Source: Cenococcum geophilum (taxonomy: Eukaryota). Taken from it: DNA of 64,000 nucleotides. A program made the translations under genes and the position numbers. The notes beneath the pieces are model-generated. The model was not told the origin of the DNA. It searched no databases and saw only the letters and a program-made list of their open reading frames with translations. Numbering within the stretch: position 1 is the first letter of the stretch; each line of letters begins with the position of its first letter. This document shows, in pieces, positions 23,312 through 37,775 of the stretch. The DNA is taken from NCBI GenBank assembly GCA_050273025.1, contig CP158635.1, positions 29,140,001 through 29,204,000 of the forward strand. The letters run 5' to 3'.

Positions 23312-26300
23312 GATAGAGAGGGCGATACGCGTCGTGTGGCCTAGCGATTTTTACCGATATTTTTATAACGACAGTTATTAGATAATCTGTATTCTCTGTG
23401 GCGTAGAACATGCACAAGTCACGTGCACGTGTCACGTGTTTTATAAATATCTTTATCTAAGCTTAGAGCTCTAGGTCTAAACTAAGTACATATATATAAG
23501 ACAAGACTAAGATTATTAATTAATTAACCCAGTTTATTAATAAATAGCTCTATATAAACTATCTAACAGTTATAAGCCCGGTCCACTAACACAAAAAGCT
23601 ATTCAGCTATTACTTAATCATTTAAAGAAATTCTACCTTATTGTTAAACTTTAACACCTTATTATTATAGGACGCAGACTCTAACAGAAATTCTACCTTA
23701 ATTGTTACAGGACGAGATTCTACGAGATTCCATAAAATTCTACGAGATTCTATAAGATTCCACCTTAATCGTTAAAGGACGATCCTATCAACAAAATCGT
23801 ATCTCAATTCCTCCTTAGCCTATCGGTCAAATAACTCCACTAACGTTAAGTTTATCTACTATAATTATCCTTAATAAACCAGAAGACTAGAAGCAATAGC
23901 TTTAGCAACTTAAAGCCCTTATAGATTAGCGAATTTAGGCCTACGTTAACCTAGATAATGCAGCACCTTAATAAGGTCTATTATAAGAACCACCCTATCT
24001 AGAAGTTATAGATTTTAATAAAAATGCAACCTTATATATATAGCTCTCGATAAATTAATAAAGGGCGTATAAGAATAGTAGACGATACTATAACTAGGAT
24101 ATAAAGTATTTCCTAAAATAAGAAGAGCACCTTTAACAAATCCGCATCTAAATTATATCCATAGTATCAATTTAGAAGAAGCTACTACTTAACCCTTCCT
24201 TAATAGTTAAAGAATAGCTATTTTAATTAAAGGAGAACATAAAACCTACTTTATTATTCATTAGGAAGAAGGTATAACACTAGTATATAGAAGCTCTTAA
24301 GGGGTTTAAATTAGTAGCTAGATTAATGGGATTATATATTATTACTAGGAGAGAAGTATAAAATACCCTAAATATCTAATAGAATCTAGCTTTAAAAATT
24401 AGCAGAAGTTATTTAACCTTTTAGCGACGCCTATTATATAAAGTATACTACTAAGTTAAATAACCCTTAGAAGTTAAGATCTTCTAAATACTATAGAGTA
24501 GCAAAGAAGCTGCAAGAAGGACTTAAAACACCCTTAAAGAAAGCTAATACTACTATAAGAGGGAGTACCTTTAATATAGACTTCGCAAAGTAAGCCATTA
24601 AGAATTACTTTAATACTACTAAAGATTTATAGAGAGGAAAAACCTTAGTATATAATAGACGCTTAAAGAGAGCTAGAATACTAGTGGATAAGAAGATGTC
24701 CTATAAGAAGCTAATATCTAAGTACTTAGCGTGCGGAATATAAGGATATTCTATTTAGGACTATTAGTGTTTATTTAAAGATAAAAGACCTATAGGAGTT
24801 ATAATTAGAGATACTCGCATTAATAGGGCGCTAAAAAAGGTAGAAAAGAATAAGGATCTCGCTAAGTAAGTTATAAAGATTAGACTTAAAGAATAAAAAG
24901 ATAAGGCTTAATAATAATAGGATAAGAGTTAGGAAGTTAAGATTAAGGGAGAAGCTAATGCGATATTCCTAGAATCGTTTTATACTAGTTAACTCCATCC
25001 ACTAAAGCTATTAATTATTCTTAACTTAGGAACTACTCTCTATATCTTTAACAACCTCCCTTATTTCTATAATTTTAGGAAAGCTCTAAGATATAAATAT
25101 ATTATCGCCGGCAGCTTGGAAGTGCCTATATTAGGTTATAGCGACATTTACTATCTAAGTTACAAAACTAGACAAAAGTAAGAGAATCCTATATCTTAAG
25201 GACGTTGTCTTTTATATAGATTTCAATATAAATCTAGTATTATTCCATCTACTTTAAAAATAAGAATACTACTAAGACAATAAAGGAGATAATAATCTTC
25301 TAGTTTGGAAGGATAATATAATCCTATATTAAATAGAAGAACGTTATAAATAATAGACTATTAAATACATCTAACTAAAAAGGCTATTAGCGTTTAATAT
25401 AAGCTAATTACTACGCCGCTAACAGAAGCGTAGAGTATTATTAAAAGACAGTTGTCTAAATACGAAAGGTAATATATAACTATAGCATCTACGTCTAGGT
25501 TATCCAAGACCTATAAGCCTTTATTATTTAGGTATTAACACCCTAAAAGTTAAGCTTTAAGGCCCTAAGATAATAGAGTATTAACATTACAGCCTCGCCA
25601 AAATTAAGTATTAGGTCTTACGAAGGTTCTTAAATCAAAATATTAATAAACCTTATCTTAACTTCTATATTAACTAGATTAACCTTAAGAAAGCATATAT
25701 AGGATTTATATAAGTTATACTTATCTATAATACCTACTTAGGAAGATCCTTTCCGTACTTTATAATAACGCATAATAAGAAGAAGAAGATACTATAAGTG
25801 CTTAAAGATTTTATCTAATAGATTCGTCTAAGGTATAACCTTAAAGTTAATACTATTAGATTAAATAACAAGCTAGGGAAAAGGAGAACCCTTAAATAGC
25901 TACGGGCTTAAGGGATTATATTTAAGCCTTTAGCGCTATATACCTAAGCTTAAAACAGTACTGCTAAACGCTTAGGGGGTATAATTATTAAGAGAGTATA
26001 AGTAATAAGAATTGCTACTAATTTACTATATAATCTATAGAACGAGATAGTTAACTATATAGTTTACCTTTAAGATTAAACGCTACGGGAAAGCAATAAA
26101 TAGAAATTGCTATATAAGAGGTTCTATACCTTTCTAGCTAATAGGAGATTAAAAAAACCACAATTAGTGTACCTAAAAGCCTACAGCTATAGGGTATACG
26201 CAATAACGTTAGACGCCCAGCTAAGGAAGAAAAGGCTAAGTAAGCTAGATCTATAAGCCCATATTAGCTATCTCGTTAACTATAACTTTACTAATATCTA

Positions 26301-28090
26301 TAGGATCTAGATCCTATATAAGGGTATTGTCATCTCTATAAGGGATATTATTTTTAATAAAAAGATATTCTTTAACGGCAAGTGAATGGACATCTTAAAG
26401 AACCTATATACTAAATTAGACAAGCTAATTAAGAAGATTTAACTTCCTAATACCCTAATTAAGAATAAGGTTCTTCTGGAAAATAATAAAAAAAGTATTC
26501 AAACCATTAATTTAAGAGGAAGATAATAATATTAATAAGCTAGTTTAAACCTTTAATAAGTTAGCAGACCTTAAGCTTATAAGAGCTCTTAAAGACGTAT
26601 ATTATACGCTACCTCTAATAGAAGAAGATAAAGAATCTCTATATACCTTTTATATTAAGTATCCTATAAAGTTAAATATATAAAATTAGGATATTGTCCA
26701 ACTAATAAAAGACGGGTTTAATACTTAGGGGGTATTTAATAACTCGGTTAAAGACTTATTTAAGAAAGCTGGTAATAGTAGGTTTAAAGACTTTATTACT
26801 AAAAGGATTATTTTAGCCTATTATAGCGCCTTCTTAGTAGGAAGGAAGTTTAACCTTAATAGTTAACTTAATAACAGCAAGCTAAAATTAGGTAGAATAT
26901 AATGTCAGACTATAGAGGAAGAACTTACCTCTTCTACCTTAGTTAATCCAGGACCTTAATATATACCCTCTTTAAGATTATTTCCAAGAGGCTTAATAAG
27001 CCTTCCTCTAATCTTATTATTAAATAAGGTTATTTTAAGAAATAGATAAGAAGCATATAAAAGGATAGCAGATCCTTAGCTTAATATAGGTGTTCGTCTA
27101 TAAGACGGATAAGTATAAATTCCTCTAGAAATATAAGGCACGCTTAATAGTATACGGAAATTAATAGGCCCTAGGAGACCTACCTATAAGAGCTACTATA
27201 TTAGCAAGTATAACCTTCCAAACCCTTATAGCGATCACTATAAAATTTAACCTAAAGACGATATAAATAGATATAGTTAACGCGTTTATCTATTGCGATC
27301 TTAACAAGGTTATCTATATAAAGCTACCGCTAGGGTTTAGTAAAGGAAAGATAGACAAAGTACTGCGCTTAAGAAAAGCCCTTTACAGACTATAACGATC
27401 CCCTCTATTATAGTAAAAGAATCTTACAAGCTTATTAAACGAATTAGGTTTTAAAGAGGTTCCTTAAAAGCCGTGCGTTATACTAAAAGGTAAAATAGTT
27501 ATCTTCTTCTATATTAATAATATTGTCTTCTACTACTAAAAAATAGATAAGAAGAAATCTTAAGAAGCAATTAAGGGGCTAAGTAAGAAATACTAAATAA
27601 GTACCCTTGGAGAGCTAAAATGGTTCCTAGAAATCTATATACTACGTAATTATAGCTAGAGGCTCCTATAGCTATCCTAGGAAGCCTATATTAAAAAGAT
27701 AGCTAACTAGTATAAGATAGATCTTAAAGGGCGTCTTTTAAATACTCTTATAGTAGAATTAAAACTCCTCCCTACTAATTACTAATTAATCCGTTTAATG
27801 TGTCCGTCTCCTAATATAGACCTATTAGTCCGTCTTATATCCCTACTAGCTTCTATAATACTATATTTAAAAAAAAATTAGGTTTAGTACTCTATACAGC
27901 CACTATAATGCGTCTAGATATTACTTTTATAGTATTATAGCTAGTAAGGTTTAATTAAAACCTAAGCTAAGAGCACTATTAAGCGGTAGATAAAGTAATC
28001 TAGTACCTATATAGCATAAGGAGCAGAGTAATCTATTATAGAGAAGATAAGGAAAAAATAAATAGTAGAGGGAGTAATAAAGGAATATAT

Positions 28091-31000
28091 TGTTACGGCA
28101 CTAGTGGAAAACGGTGGATTATAGCGGACAATTTTAGACAGTTTTAGATAGTTTTAGATAGTTTTAGATAGTTATAGTTACGTAACTAGAGGATTGTATA
28201 TAGCTTTAGATTCTCGTTTATAGACAATCCAATTATATAGGCTTGCGCGTCCCTTTTACTATGCCCATACCTCGATTAACTAAGTCGCTAACATTATCTA
28301 AAGCTCACTCTACTCTTTCTTTTTAAGAAGGAACTTAAATATATCTATAAGACTATAGATAGGATAAGAATACAAAATAGGACCCTAAGGATATTACTAG
28401 GACTATAAGGACAGGACCTAAAAGAAAAGAATAAAACGCTAAGGAAAGGACCTATAAGACATATACAGACTAGAACCCCTAAAGAAATTACCTAGAATTA
28501 CCTAATACCCCTACTACTATGCTATAAAATACAGTAGCAGGTAAAGTAGCTATAGGACCCTTATGTTACGGGACACCCCCGTGACACCTTACACACGTCT
28601 ACCTGTTTCCACCGACTCAGCAATTAGAGACCAACCGCGAAATAGCAATCTGACGGCAATCTGATGGCAATCTAACGGCAATCTACGGCATTCTGCCATA
28701 TTCTGCTAAGTTCCACTAAATTCTGCTAAGTTCTGCCAGGACTACGACCTGAACCCTATTCTGCCTATGCACGTGTTAACCAAGCAACCGAGTTAATGAT
28801 ATATGCCCTCTCTTCCCGTTTTCCTACCTTCTTTCCTTACGTAACGTCTTGACCTCCTTACACAGTTTATGTATATAGCTTAATAATATCTACCTTGCCA
28901 TATATTATCGTCGCTTATACTTACTCCGTGACACCTTAAATACTTTAGATAAAGAAACAATTAACGTTTTAACCCCCTAGGCGGAGCTTGCGGCTACTAA
29001 TACTAAAATTAAATAACTGCAAGAGCTACTTAAAGCTAGAGATACCCCTATATCTAATAATAAGTTATTATTAGACAACTAAAGACTTACTATAGTCCTT
29101 TAGGCCCTATTTTAGCGCCTTAGTAGATTTACTAAGGCCTATATAGTACTAAAGCGGTTAGTAAAGGTTATAAATCCCCTACTACTTATAGACGGAACTA
29201 ACTCTATATTTAATAATTAGAAGCTTTAATTACGGGATAAGCTTAAAGTTAATATAGACCACTTCCCTAACGCCTAAGCTAGAATGGCCTATGTCTTTAG
29301 CCGTACTGGCGAAGACGCCTAGATATATTTACGCCCGCGATATACTAAAGACTTAGCAGACCCCGTTATCTCTAAAGAAGAAATAATTAAATACTTATCT
29401 TTTATTTATAAAGACCCTTTTAAAGTATAAAACGCCCGCCTTAGCTATAAAAGCCTAAATATAAAAATAACAGAGACCTTTTTAGCCTTTTAAACCCGCT
29501 TTTTATACCTAGCCGAATAGGCCTAGATTCCCTAAAAAAAACCTACTACTAGACCTCTTTAATAAGCTTACCCTAGACCTATAGCGGGCTGTATTACTAG
29601 CTTATACTATAGTATAGACGTTAAAGGAACTTATAGACTATTGCCTAGCTATTAACTAAGGCCTTTATTAAATTAAGGCACGCGCTAATTAGCTAAAAAC
29701 TAAAAACCTTGCAAACCAGGCCGTAAGTACTACAAGTACGGCCTATAGTGCCCCGGTATAATTGGTAACTTTTATAATTAACCTAGCAGCTAGCCGTATA
29801 GCTACCCCTACTATAGGTCTAGTATACACCCAGCCTATATATAGTAACCCCTATATATAGGCCCTTAGTAATTAAGGAGCTTATTTTTTATACAGTTAAA
29901 TAGGCTACCCTATAAGGAACTATTTAATAAAGGTAAAAATAAATAAGGTCCTATTAATTTAGAAAGATAGTATAGAGCCAGAAAAAGAGAAATCTTAAAG
30001 GAAGACTCCTCTCTAGGGTTAAAAGGGATTAATATATTATATATCAATCTAGGTTAGCTAGTTAGTAGAAGAAGCTATACTATCCCTTATACTTTATTCT
30101 ATAATAAATATTAAGTTTTAACCTCTGCTTTAGCTAACTTAGGAATAAATACCTTTACCTTAATTAATATAAAGTGCGCTATAAAACTAGCTAACTTTTT
30201 AAATATACCCCTTAAAGAACTGCCCAAACTAATCCCTATTTGCGGTTATAACGGACAAATAGGGCTATTTATTATAACTATCTTATAAATCTACCTCCGC
30301 GTTAATAAACAAAGGCAGTATAATATCCCCTTCCTTATTACGGACCTTAGAAGCTATAATATAATCTTAAAGAGAAAATAGCTAGCCTATTTAGGCTTAT
30401 AGCTTAATATATAAAATAGGCAGCTTATCTGGCCTAAAACTATACCCCTAATGCCTTTTTTTATAAAAGAGATTAGTATTACAATAGAAAACCTTATACA
30501 GCTGTAGATAAACACTATTTACTAGGCCGATACAACGCGTAGGGACTAGGCTTTTAAGAAGGATATATAGCTTAATCCGTAATAGATCTATATACTACGC
30601 CGCCCCTAGACTACCTATATTACACTACCCGCACTAAAGACTTAGAAAGTTAGTAATAGCCTAGCTAAGTCCCTAATAGAAAACTTAGGCCCTACGCAGC
30701 TATAAAAAAGGCCTAGGGATATTAAATAATATACTAAACTAATAAACTAAAAGGATAACTTACGGAAGATAAAACGTAAGCTAAGGAAGACTATAAACCC
30801 TATACTATAAAATACGGCCTAATAAATATCTGTAAAAAAACCTATAAACCTCCCACTAGTTAATATCTACTATATTACCGCTATAGGATTCTACTAAAAC
30901 CTAGTTTAGCCTAATACTATTGCCTTTATAACTAGCTTATATAAAATTAATTAAATAATTAAAGAAAAAAAAAGCCTTAGCCTAAGAGAAAGGCGAGCTT

Positions 31001-34000
31001 ATAGATAAGAAGCTAGTAGAATAGAAACTGCCCTGTTAATACTAGAAATTTAAAAATATTTTCTCTAAAGCAGCGTCTAATATACTTCCGCCTTACTAAC
31101 CGTATAACTATAAAATTAAAATTAAGCCGGATAAGGTGGTTACCCTTAGCTATAGCCCCCTCTAATAGCAATTTACTGCTAAATTATAGGCTATAAAGCA
31201 GTATCTTATTAATAACCTAGATAAGGGCTTTATTAAACCTAGTTAAGCCCCTTTTAACTTACCTATTCTCTTTATTAAAAAGCTAAATAGAGGACTTTAT
31301 TTCTATATTAACTACTATAAGCTTAATAACTTAACCCTTAAAGACCGCTACCTACTACCTTTACTTAATAAGACTTTAGCCTAAATAAGGAGAGCTAAGA
31401 TCTTTACAAAACTTAATACCCGCTAGGCTTTTTACCAAATTAGAATAAACCCTAAATTAGAAAACCTTATTATATTTTAGACCTATTATAAAATATATAA
31501 ATATAAAGTACTACCTTTTAGACTAACTAACGGACTAGCTATATACTAACGATATATAAATAATATACTATTTAACTACCTTAACGACTTCTATATAGTA
31601 TACCTAAATAATATTATAATTTACTTTAAAAATAAACTGGCATATAAAGAGTATATTTATAAAGTCCTATAACGGCTTCGGCAAGCTAGCCTCTAAGCCA
31701 ATATTAAGAAGTTAGAATTTAGTATTAAGTATATAAAGTACTTAAGATTTATTATTAGTATAAACGGGATTAAGGTAAACCTAAAAAAGACGGCTATAAT
31801 TAACTAATAGGTACTCCTAAGGACCGTTAAGGGGGTATAGTTATTCTTAGGGTTCTATAACTTCTACTAACGCTTTATTAAAAACTCTAGTAGGATTGCC
31901 TAACTACTAAGCCTACTTATCTATAAGGACTGGCCCTTTTACTTTAACACTATATATAGGCAGGCCTTTAATAAGCTTAAGAAACGACTAGTCTCTACTC
32001 CCTTACTCGCCTACTTTAACCTAAAACGGCCCTTAATGCTAAAAACCGATGCCTTAGATAGTATTATAGCTAGCATTTACTCCTAAAAGTAGACAGACGG
32101 AGAATAATACCCCATTGCTTACTATTTGAAGACTATAGTAGATGCTAAGCTAAACTACCCAATTCACGATAAAGAAATGCTAGCTATTATTTCTAGCTTT
32201 TAGTACTAGCGAGCCTAATTAAAAGGCACCCCTAAGTCTATCTAAGTAGTTTCTAATTATAAGGCCTTAGAATATTTTATAATAAAGGCCCTTACGGCCT
32301 AATAGGCGCGCTAGGCGGATACCCTATTTTAGTTTAACTTCCTAATTATATATAGGCTAGGCGCTATTAACCGTGCGGACGCTCTTATAAGGCGTAAATA
32401 GGATATAAATAACTAGATAGCCGTAAAGATCTTATTATAAACCTAAGCGCTACTATAACTAGAGCACCTTAACTCCTAAATATAGGCAGAACTAAATATA
32501 GACTCTTTAGATGCCGAGATATGCCCTATTAACTCTATGGAACTAGACCTTATTAATGAACTACTATAGGTAAACTATACGGCCCCTTCTTTGTAGGAGT
32601 ACCGCAAGAAGGCAAAGAACGTTTCTAGCCTATAGTCCCTTAAAAGAGGACTGCTTAAGCACTATAAACAGCTAGTAGTAGTAGAGGAATAGAACTTATA
32701 GAGTTGGCTTATTGCTAAAGTATATACCTAGGTCTCTATAGCCTACCCTAGAAAAAATAAGACCCATAAGATTATTAGCGACTACTACTACTAGCCCGGA
32801 ATAATTATAGATATTAACTGCTATATATAGAACTATAATAACTGCTATAGGTCCACAATTCTATAAAATAAGACCCTAGGACTATTAAAACCCCTCTTAA
32901 TACCTACTGCCCTTAATAATATATCTCTATAGACTTTTATAAGTTACCTCTAGACCGTAACAGATATAATATAGTTATAATCCTAGTTAACTACTTTAGT
33001 AAGCGCCCGTTCTTAATTCCCTATTATAAAAATATTAATACTAAAGAGGCGGCCTAACTATATATCTACTATATCTACCAAATTTACGAACTACTAGATA
33101 TTATTATATCCGATTATAGGCCGCAGTTTATATTAGCCTTTTAGAATAAGTTTACCTAAATTCTAGGTATTAAGCTAAAGCTTTCTATAGTATATTACCC
33201 CTAAATAGACGGTTAAACGGAGATTATAAATTAATACTTAGACCAAAAACTTCAGCCTATTATTAACTACTTTTAGGATAACTAGGCCGAACTATTACCC
33301 TTAATAAACTACGCCTAAGCGACCCTACCCTATGACTCTACTAGATTTGCCCCTATTTAACTAAAAATGGGTTACCTACCCTATATAAGCTTTAACTTGG
33401 AAAGACTAAAAGGGCCCCAGACTGTACACGAAAAACTATCTTATAAGGAAGCCTAGTAGTACGCTAAACGCTTAGAAGAAGCCTAGAAAGTAGCCTATAT
33501 AAACCTAAAAAAGGCCTAGAAATTAATAAAATAGTAGGCAAATAAGTATAGGCGTAAGCCTAACCTTACTATAGGCGATATAGTCTAGGTTATAATAAAG
33601 AACTAAAAGATAGAACGGCCTAGCCGTAAGCTAGACTATAAGATAGTAGAACTATATAAAATTCTTAATAAAGTAGGTAACTTGTATAAGGTTAAGCTCC
33701 TAGACTTAATTAAAGTTTACCCTATTTTCTTACCGGATAAGCTACGGAAAGCTATAAATAACCAACTACCTAGATAAAAGAATAAACCTCCCCTACTAAT
33801 TTAAGTTAATAGTGATAATAAATAGGAAATTAAAGAAATACTAGTCTATAAACTTATAAAGGAAACGTTAAAGTATTATATTAGTTAGAAAGAATATAAT
33901 ATAGATCCTACTTAGTACCCTATATAGAACTTTATAGGTAGTCCCTATAAGCTTTAGGAGTTCTATAGCTATTACCCTAATAAACCCGGACCGCTAAAGT

Positions 34001-34459
34001 ACCTAAATAAGTAGATAGAATACTAGTATAATAAAGATAATAAGCTACTAGAAGAATATAAGGATAAAAACGCCCTAGAAATTTCTTAGTTATATAAGGT
34101 CTTAAAATATCTAGGAACTTTAACTAGCGGTTAAAGTTGTCTAATTAGTTAGATTTTCTTACTAAGACTTTTAGCAACAAAGCCTAAGGGTAGGCTTTTT
34201 TAGAGGGGGGAGTAATATTACGGCACTGGTGGAAAACAGTGGATTATAGCGGATAATTTTAGATAGTTTTAGACAGTTTTAGACAGTTTTATATAGTTGT
34301 AGTTACGTAACTAGAGGATCGTATATAGCTTTAAGCAGTGCTCCCCTTCTTCTCCTTTCCTTTTTTTAGCTTTAGATTTTCGTTTATAGACAATCCAATC
34401 GTATAGGCTTGTGCGTCCCTTTTGCCATGCCCATACCTTAATTGACTAAGTCGCTAATA
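28091..34459 (+). mobile_element. Gypsy-D: full-length chromovirus nested in Copia-B
   Basis: LTRs 28091-28293 and 34216-34459; TSD TATAT. Protease ALANLG (=ALADSG) ~30126; RT YLNN ~31601; integrase P*IDG*TE ~33199; chromodomain ~33820-33990; purine tract ~34202-34212. Confidence 0.95.
28564..28933 (+). mobile_element. Solo LTR (370 bp) of the Gypsy-F family inside the Gypsy-D gag
   Basis: TGTTACGG...CCGTGACA termini with TSD CCTTA (28559-28563, 28934-28938). Homologous to the split LTR at 9448-9602/16596-16773. Confidence 0.93.
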
Positions 34460-35206
34460 TATATAATAAAGGACAAGATAACAGAGACAGTAGAAGTAAA
34501 GCGCAATTATTTATCTATACTAGCAACGCATTATTTACGGATAACTCCGTTAATAGAAAGAGCTTATAAGGATATATTATAAAGCTATTTAGGGGAATAA
34601 TTACCTAGAGAGCAAATAAGCAAGATATAGTAATGACGTTAAGCATAGAGGCTAAGTTATTAGCCCTATTATAAACAGCAAAGGAAGCTATCTTTATTAG
34701 TAGGCTACTTAAAGTAATAACGTTAAAGCTAAATACGCCCTTAATTATTAACTATAATAATACCTAGACACTTTAACTAATTATAAAAGATATGGCAAAG
34801 CTGATTACGAAGCTCTAATACGTTAATATCTATTAATATTGGTTACGTTAAGAATACGCAATAAGACGAGTACTATTTTAATAAAAAGCGATAAAGGAGA
34901 TAATTGCTAATAGACTTACGAAGGCCCTACCTAAGTAGAGGTTTAAGAGCTTCGTTAATATAATTGGAATAGTAGATATTAAGGAGCGGCTAAATAAGGA
35001 GAAGTAACTAGAGGATCTAAGGGAGAAGGTTAGTGCGAGATGGAAGGACTTAGATAAGGTTATAGTCTAATTAATATATTAACGGACACGAGAAGGTGGT
35101 TAGCTTCGTCCTTGACTAGGTTAAAGCTAAGGGGGTGTATTAGATAATCTATATTCTCTATAGCGTAGAACGTGCACGAGTTACGTGCATGTGTTACGTG
35201 CTTTAT

Positions 35207-37775
35207 TGACCTAAGGTATAAGTAGTCTATATATTTAGGTTAGGGGGTCCTGGAATTTAAAGTCCTGCTAAGCTAGTTTCTAATTGGTTAGAGAGCTGGC
35301 TTCTAATTAGTTAAAAAAAGTGCGGGTGGTAAGTTGTGGCAGACTCTACGTAATGAATATTAAAATATTATAAATATTAAAATATCTTAGTATTATATCT
35401 TCCTTTTTGTTGATACCTTTATTAATACTACTATATATATTATAAATATGGCAGATCCTACTATTATTAAGTATAGTAAGTGTTATATCTATAAGCTCCG
35501 CCTTAACTTTGTTAAAGACGGCCCTTTAAAGAAGCTTTTAAAGCTCTACCAGTTGTGTCGGTTAAATGCGCATTTTCTTTATATATTACTTCTACTTCTG
35601 CTTACTTTTATGGGCCTTTAAGCGGAGAGCTTTTATAGAGTTAGGTTCTACTACTAATAATTGTCCTATAAGGCGCTAGCGAACTGCTCTACCTAAAATT
35701 GATACTAAGAACACCTTCCTACCTTATAGTCAGAATAGTTAAGATACCCCTGAAATGGCCTTATAGCGGAAGATAATTAGGGCAATATAATGGGAGCACC
35801 GTATTTTTAATTGGCGGGGTGAAGCTTACTTACCTACTCCTCCGCTATATACTATAGATAAAGCTCCGTGCAGTAGAAGAGGCACTTTAGATAGCCTAAA
35901 TGCGTTCTTACTAGAACTAGCTCCTATACCTACTCTACTGCTAATACCTACTCTACTACTAATACTACCTTCCTTGCGGTAAGCTCCCTTGTGGTAAACT
36001 CTCTTATGGCAAGCTCCTTTACGGTAAGCTCCCTTATAGCAAGCTCCCTTATAGCAAGCTCCCTTATAGCAAGCTCCCTTACGGCAAGCTCCCTTATAGT
36101 AAGCTCCCTCACAGTAAGCTCCGACTACGGCTACACCACTACCCGTTTCGGCTGTTGATTGGGAGCGAATTAAGAAGTTTAGGAGTATACTACAGGCCGA
36201 ATGTATAGAGACGTGTAGTCGTTGTAAGGAGCGGTGGTTCTAAATAGGCCTAGCTATGGAGGGTAATAATATAGGTATATATAAAGCCTATATTAAGGAC
36301 GCCATAGCCTTAAATATCTAACCCTTTTTTCCCTGTTTAGTGAAAGTAATAGGCTTAATCTAGGGCCTATTCCTAGCTTCCTACTTATACTTACTGTGGT
36401 AGAGGAGCTTCTAATTGCGCGCGTATATATTTATTTGCAAGTTATGCGTATATATGGCTAGTAATATTTCTATACTAGCTATATTTACTGCTTTAGCCAG
36501 AATATACTAAAGACTTAGAGGCAGCTACTACGGCTACCTACTAAACTTAATATACTGGTCGTAAGGCCTATAGTAGTAAAGGGTGGCAAATACCTAAGTT
36601 AGCGGTTTACTAAGCGGTATACTATAAGGCGCTCTACTATAGTATAATGGCTTTACTTTCTAAAGGTTAATTATCCTAATTATTATAACGTTAAAATATA
36701 TAGCACCCGGCTTACTAGTTTACCTAAAAATAGCTCTATATTAGATTAGCTACTTTATATTAATAAGTTAAAGTCTAATTCTAGTGGCCTAACGGCTTAC
36801 CCTATTGCTTTTATATAACGTCCTTCTGCTATTAATCCTCTACCTACTAAGCTTGGCAGTAATATACTGGATAGTGAATTTAATAATAATATATTAGATA
36901 CTTTAGTTCCTAATCTAGTACCTAACCTTAATAAATTAGAGCTTTTAAGTTGCGACGTTTAATACTAATAAGACCTATAAGCGGGCCTAAAAATTCCTAC
37001 TATGCGACAGACACCTCTCTCTAAGCGATTAGCTAGTTTTATTATGCGTAGTGCCTTTCCTACTTTTTTTCCTTATAGTAAAGCCGATTTTAATATACTA
37101 TGAAGCCGTATAGTTACCCTAGCTGCGTACGCTAAGTATATGCTTAAGTATCAGGACGGTCAGTTTGGCCGCTACCCCTTATTTCGCTATTATGTGTTTA
37201 ATTAGATTATAAAAGAGCAAGCCCTTAACGCCACCCGCTTCCTTTGCGGCTAATTAGATAAAAATAGTCTATCTTTAAATAAGCTTAGTAATCTTATAAA
37301 TAGTAATAGGGGTAGCCAGTTGCTAAATAAGATTGTACGGTATATATGGAACCTTAAGGGCACTAGACTTTACTAGAGGTAGAAGAGAAATAAGCTTATA
37401 GCTTATGCTAAGAATATTAAAAGCGGGTCTCTATTCTTTATACTTAGCGCTGCTAATCTACATTAGTATAATCTATACTCTTATATGCCTTAATTTGACG
37501 AATATAAGGCTGCTAATAAGGCTTAGCGCTACTAGATTACTTCTTAAAATCTTAATAATAATCTATATATTGCTGCTTACTGGCTACATTACTGCTTTAA
37601 TCTATTTAGGAAGCACGTGCTTATGGACCTATTTAATGGCACTAACTTTTAGTCCCGATATAAGTAGTAGGTATGAGGTAGCGGCTATATATATGGCTTC
37701 TTATGGAGTTTAATAGCCCTAAGGCTAGATCCGTTAACTAGTAAATTAAAGGCAGCTTTTGCTAAGTACTGGAAA
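35207..37775 (+). mobile_element. Helitron, 5' part (Rep/HUH region), truncated before the helicase
   Basis: CSRCKERWF ~36214; LTVVEELLIARV ~36390; FPTFFPY ~37056; GTRLY* (=GTRPYW) ~37358; LFFILSAANLH* (=FFTLSAADLHW) ~37430; RYK**V*GSGYIYG (=RYEWQARGSGHVHG, HUH motif) ~37657. Begins where the Copia-B 3' LTR stops matching its 5' LTR. Confidence 0.88.
35977..36122 (+). repeat. About ten tandem 15-bp units in the Helitron ORF
   Basis: Consensus CGGCAAGCTCCCTTA; encodes (R/Q)QAPL-type pentapeptides upstream of the CSRC motif. Confidence 0.9.

Larger units (their letters stand above)
23376..35206 (+). mobile_element. Copia-B: second Copia family, hosts Gypsy-D; 3' LTR truncated by the Helitron
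   Basis: 5' LTR 23376-23568 followed by GTTATAAGCCC (Copia-type GGTTATGAGCCC primer site). Zinc knuckle ~24722-24775; protease ILNLGTT (=ILDSGTT) ~25015; L*HLRLGYP ~25480; RT KALYRL*RSP ~27375; RNase H SNALFTDN (=SDASFADN) ~34522. GGGGGTG then partial 3' LTR 35138-35206. Confidence 0.92.

Noticed and set aside
35977..36122. CRISPR-like array
   Set aside because: Head-to-tail 15-bp units with no unique spacers, inside a Helitron ORF in a eukaryotic context.
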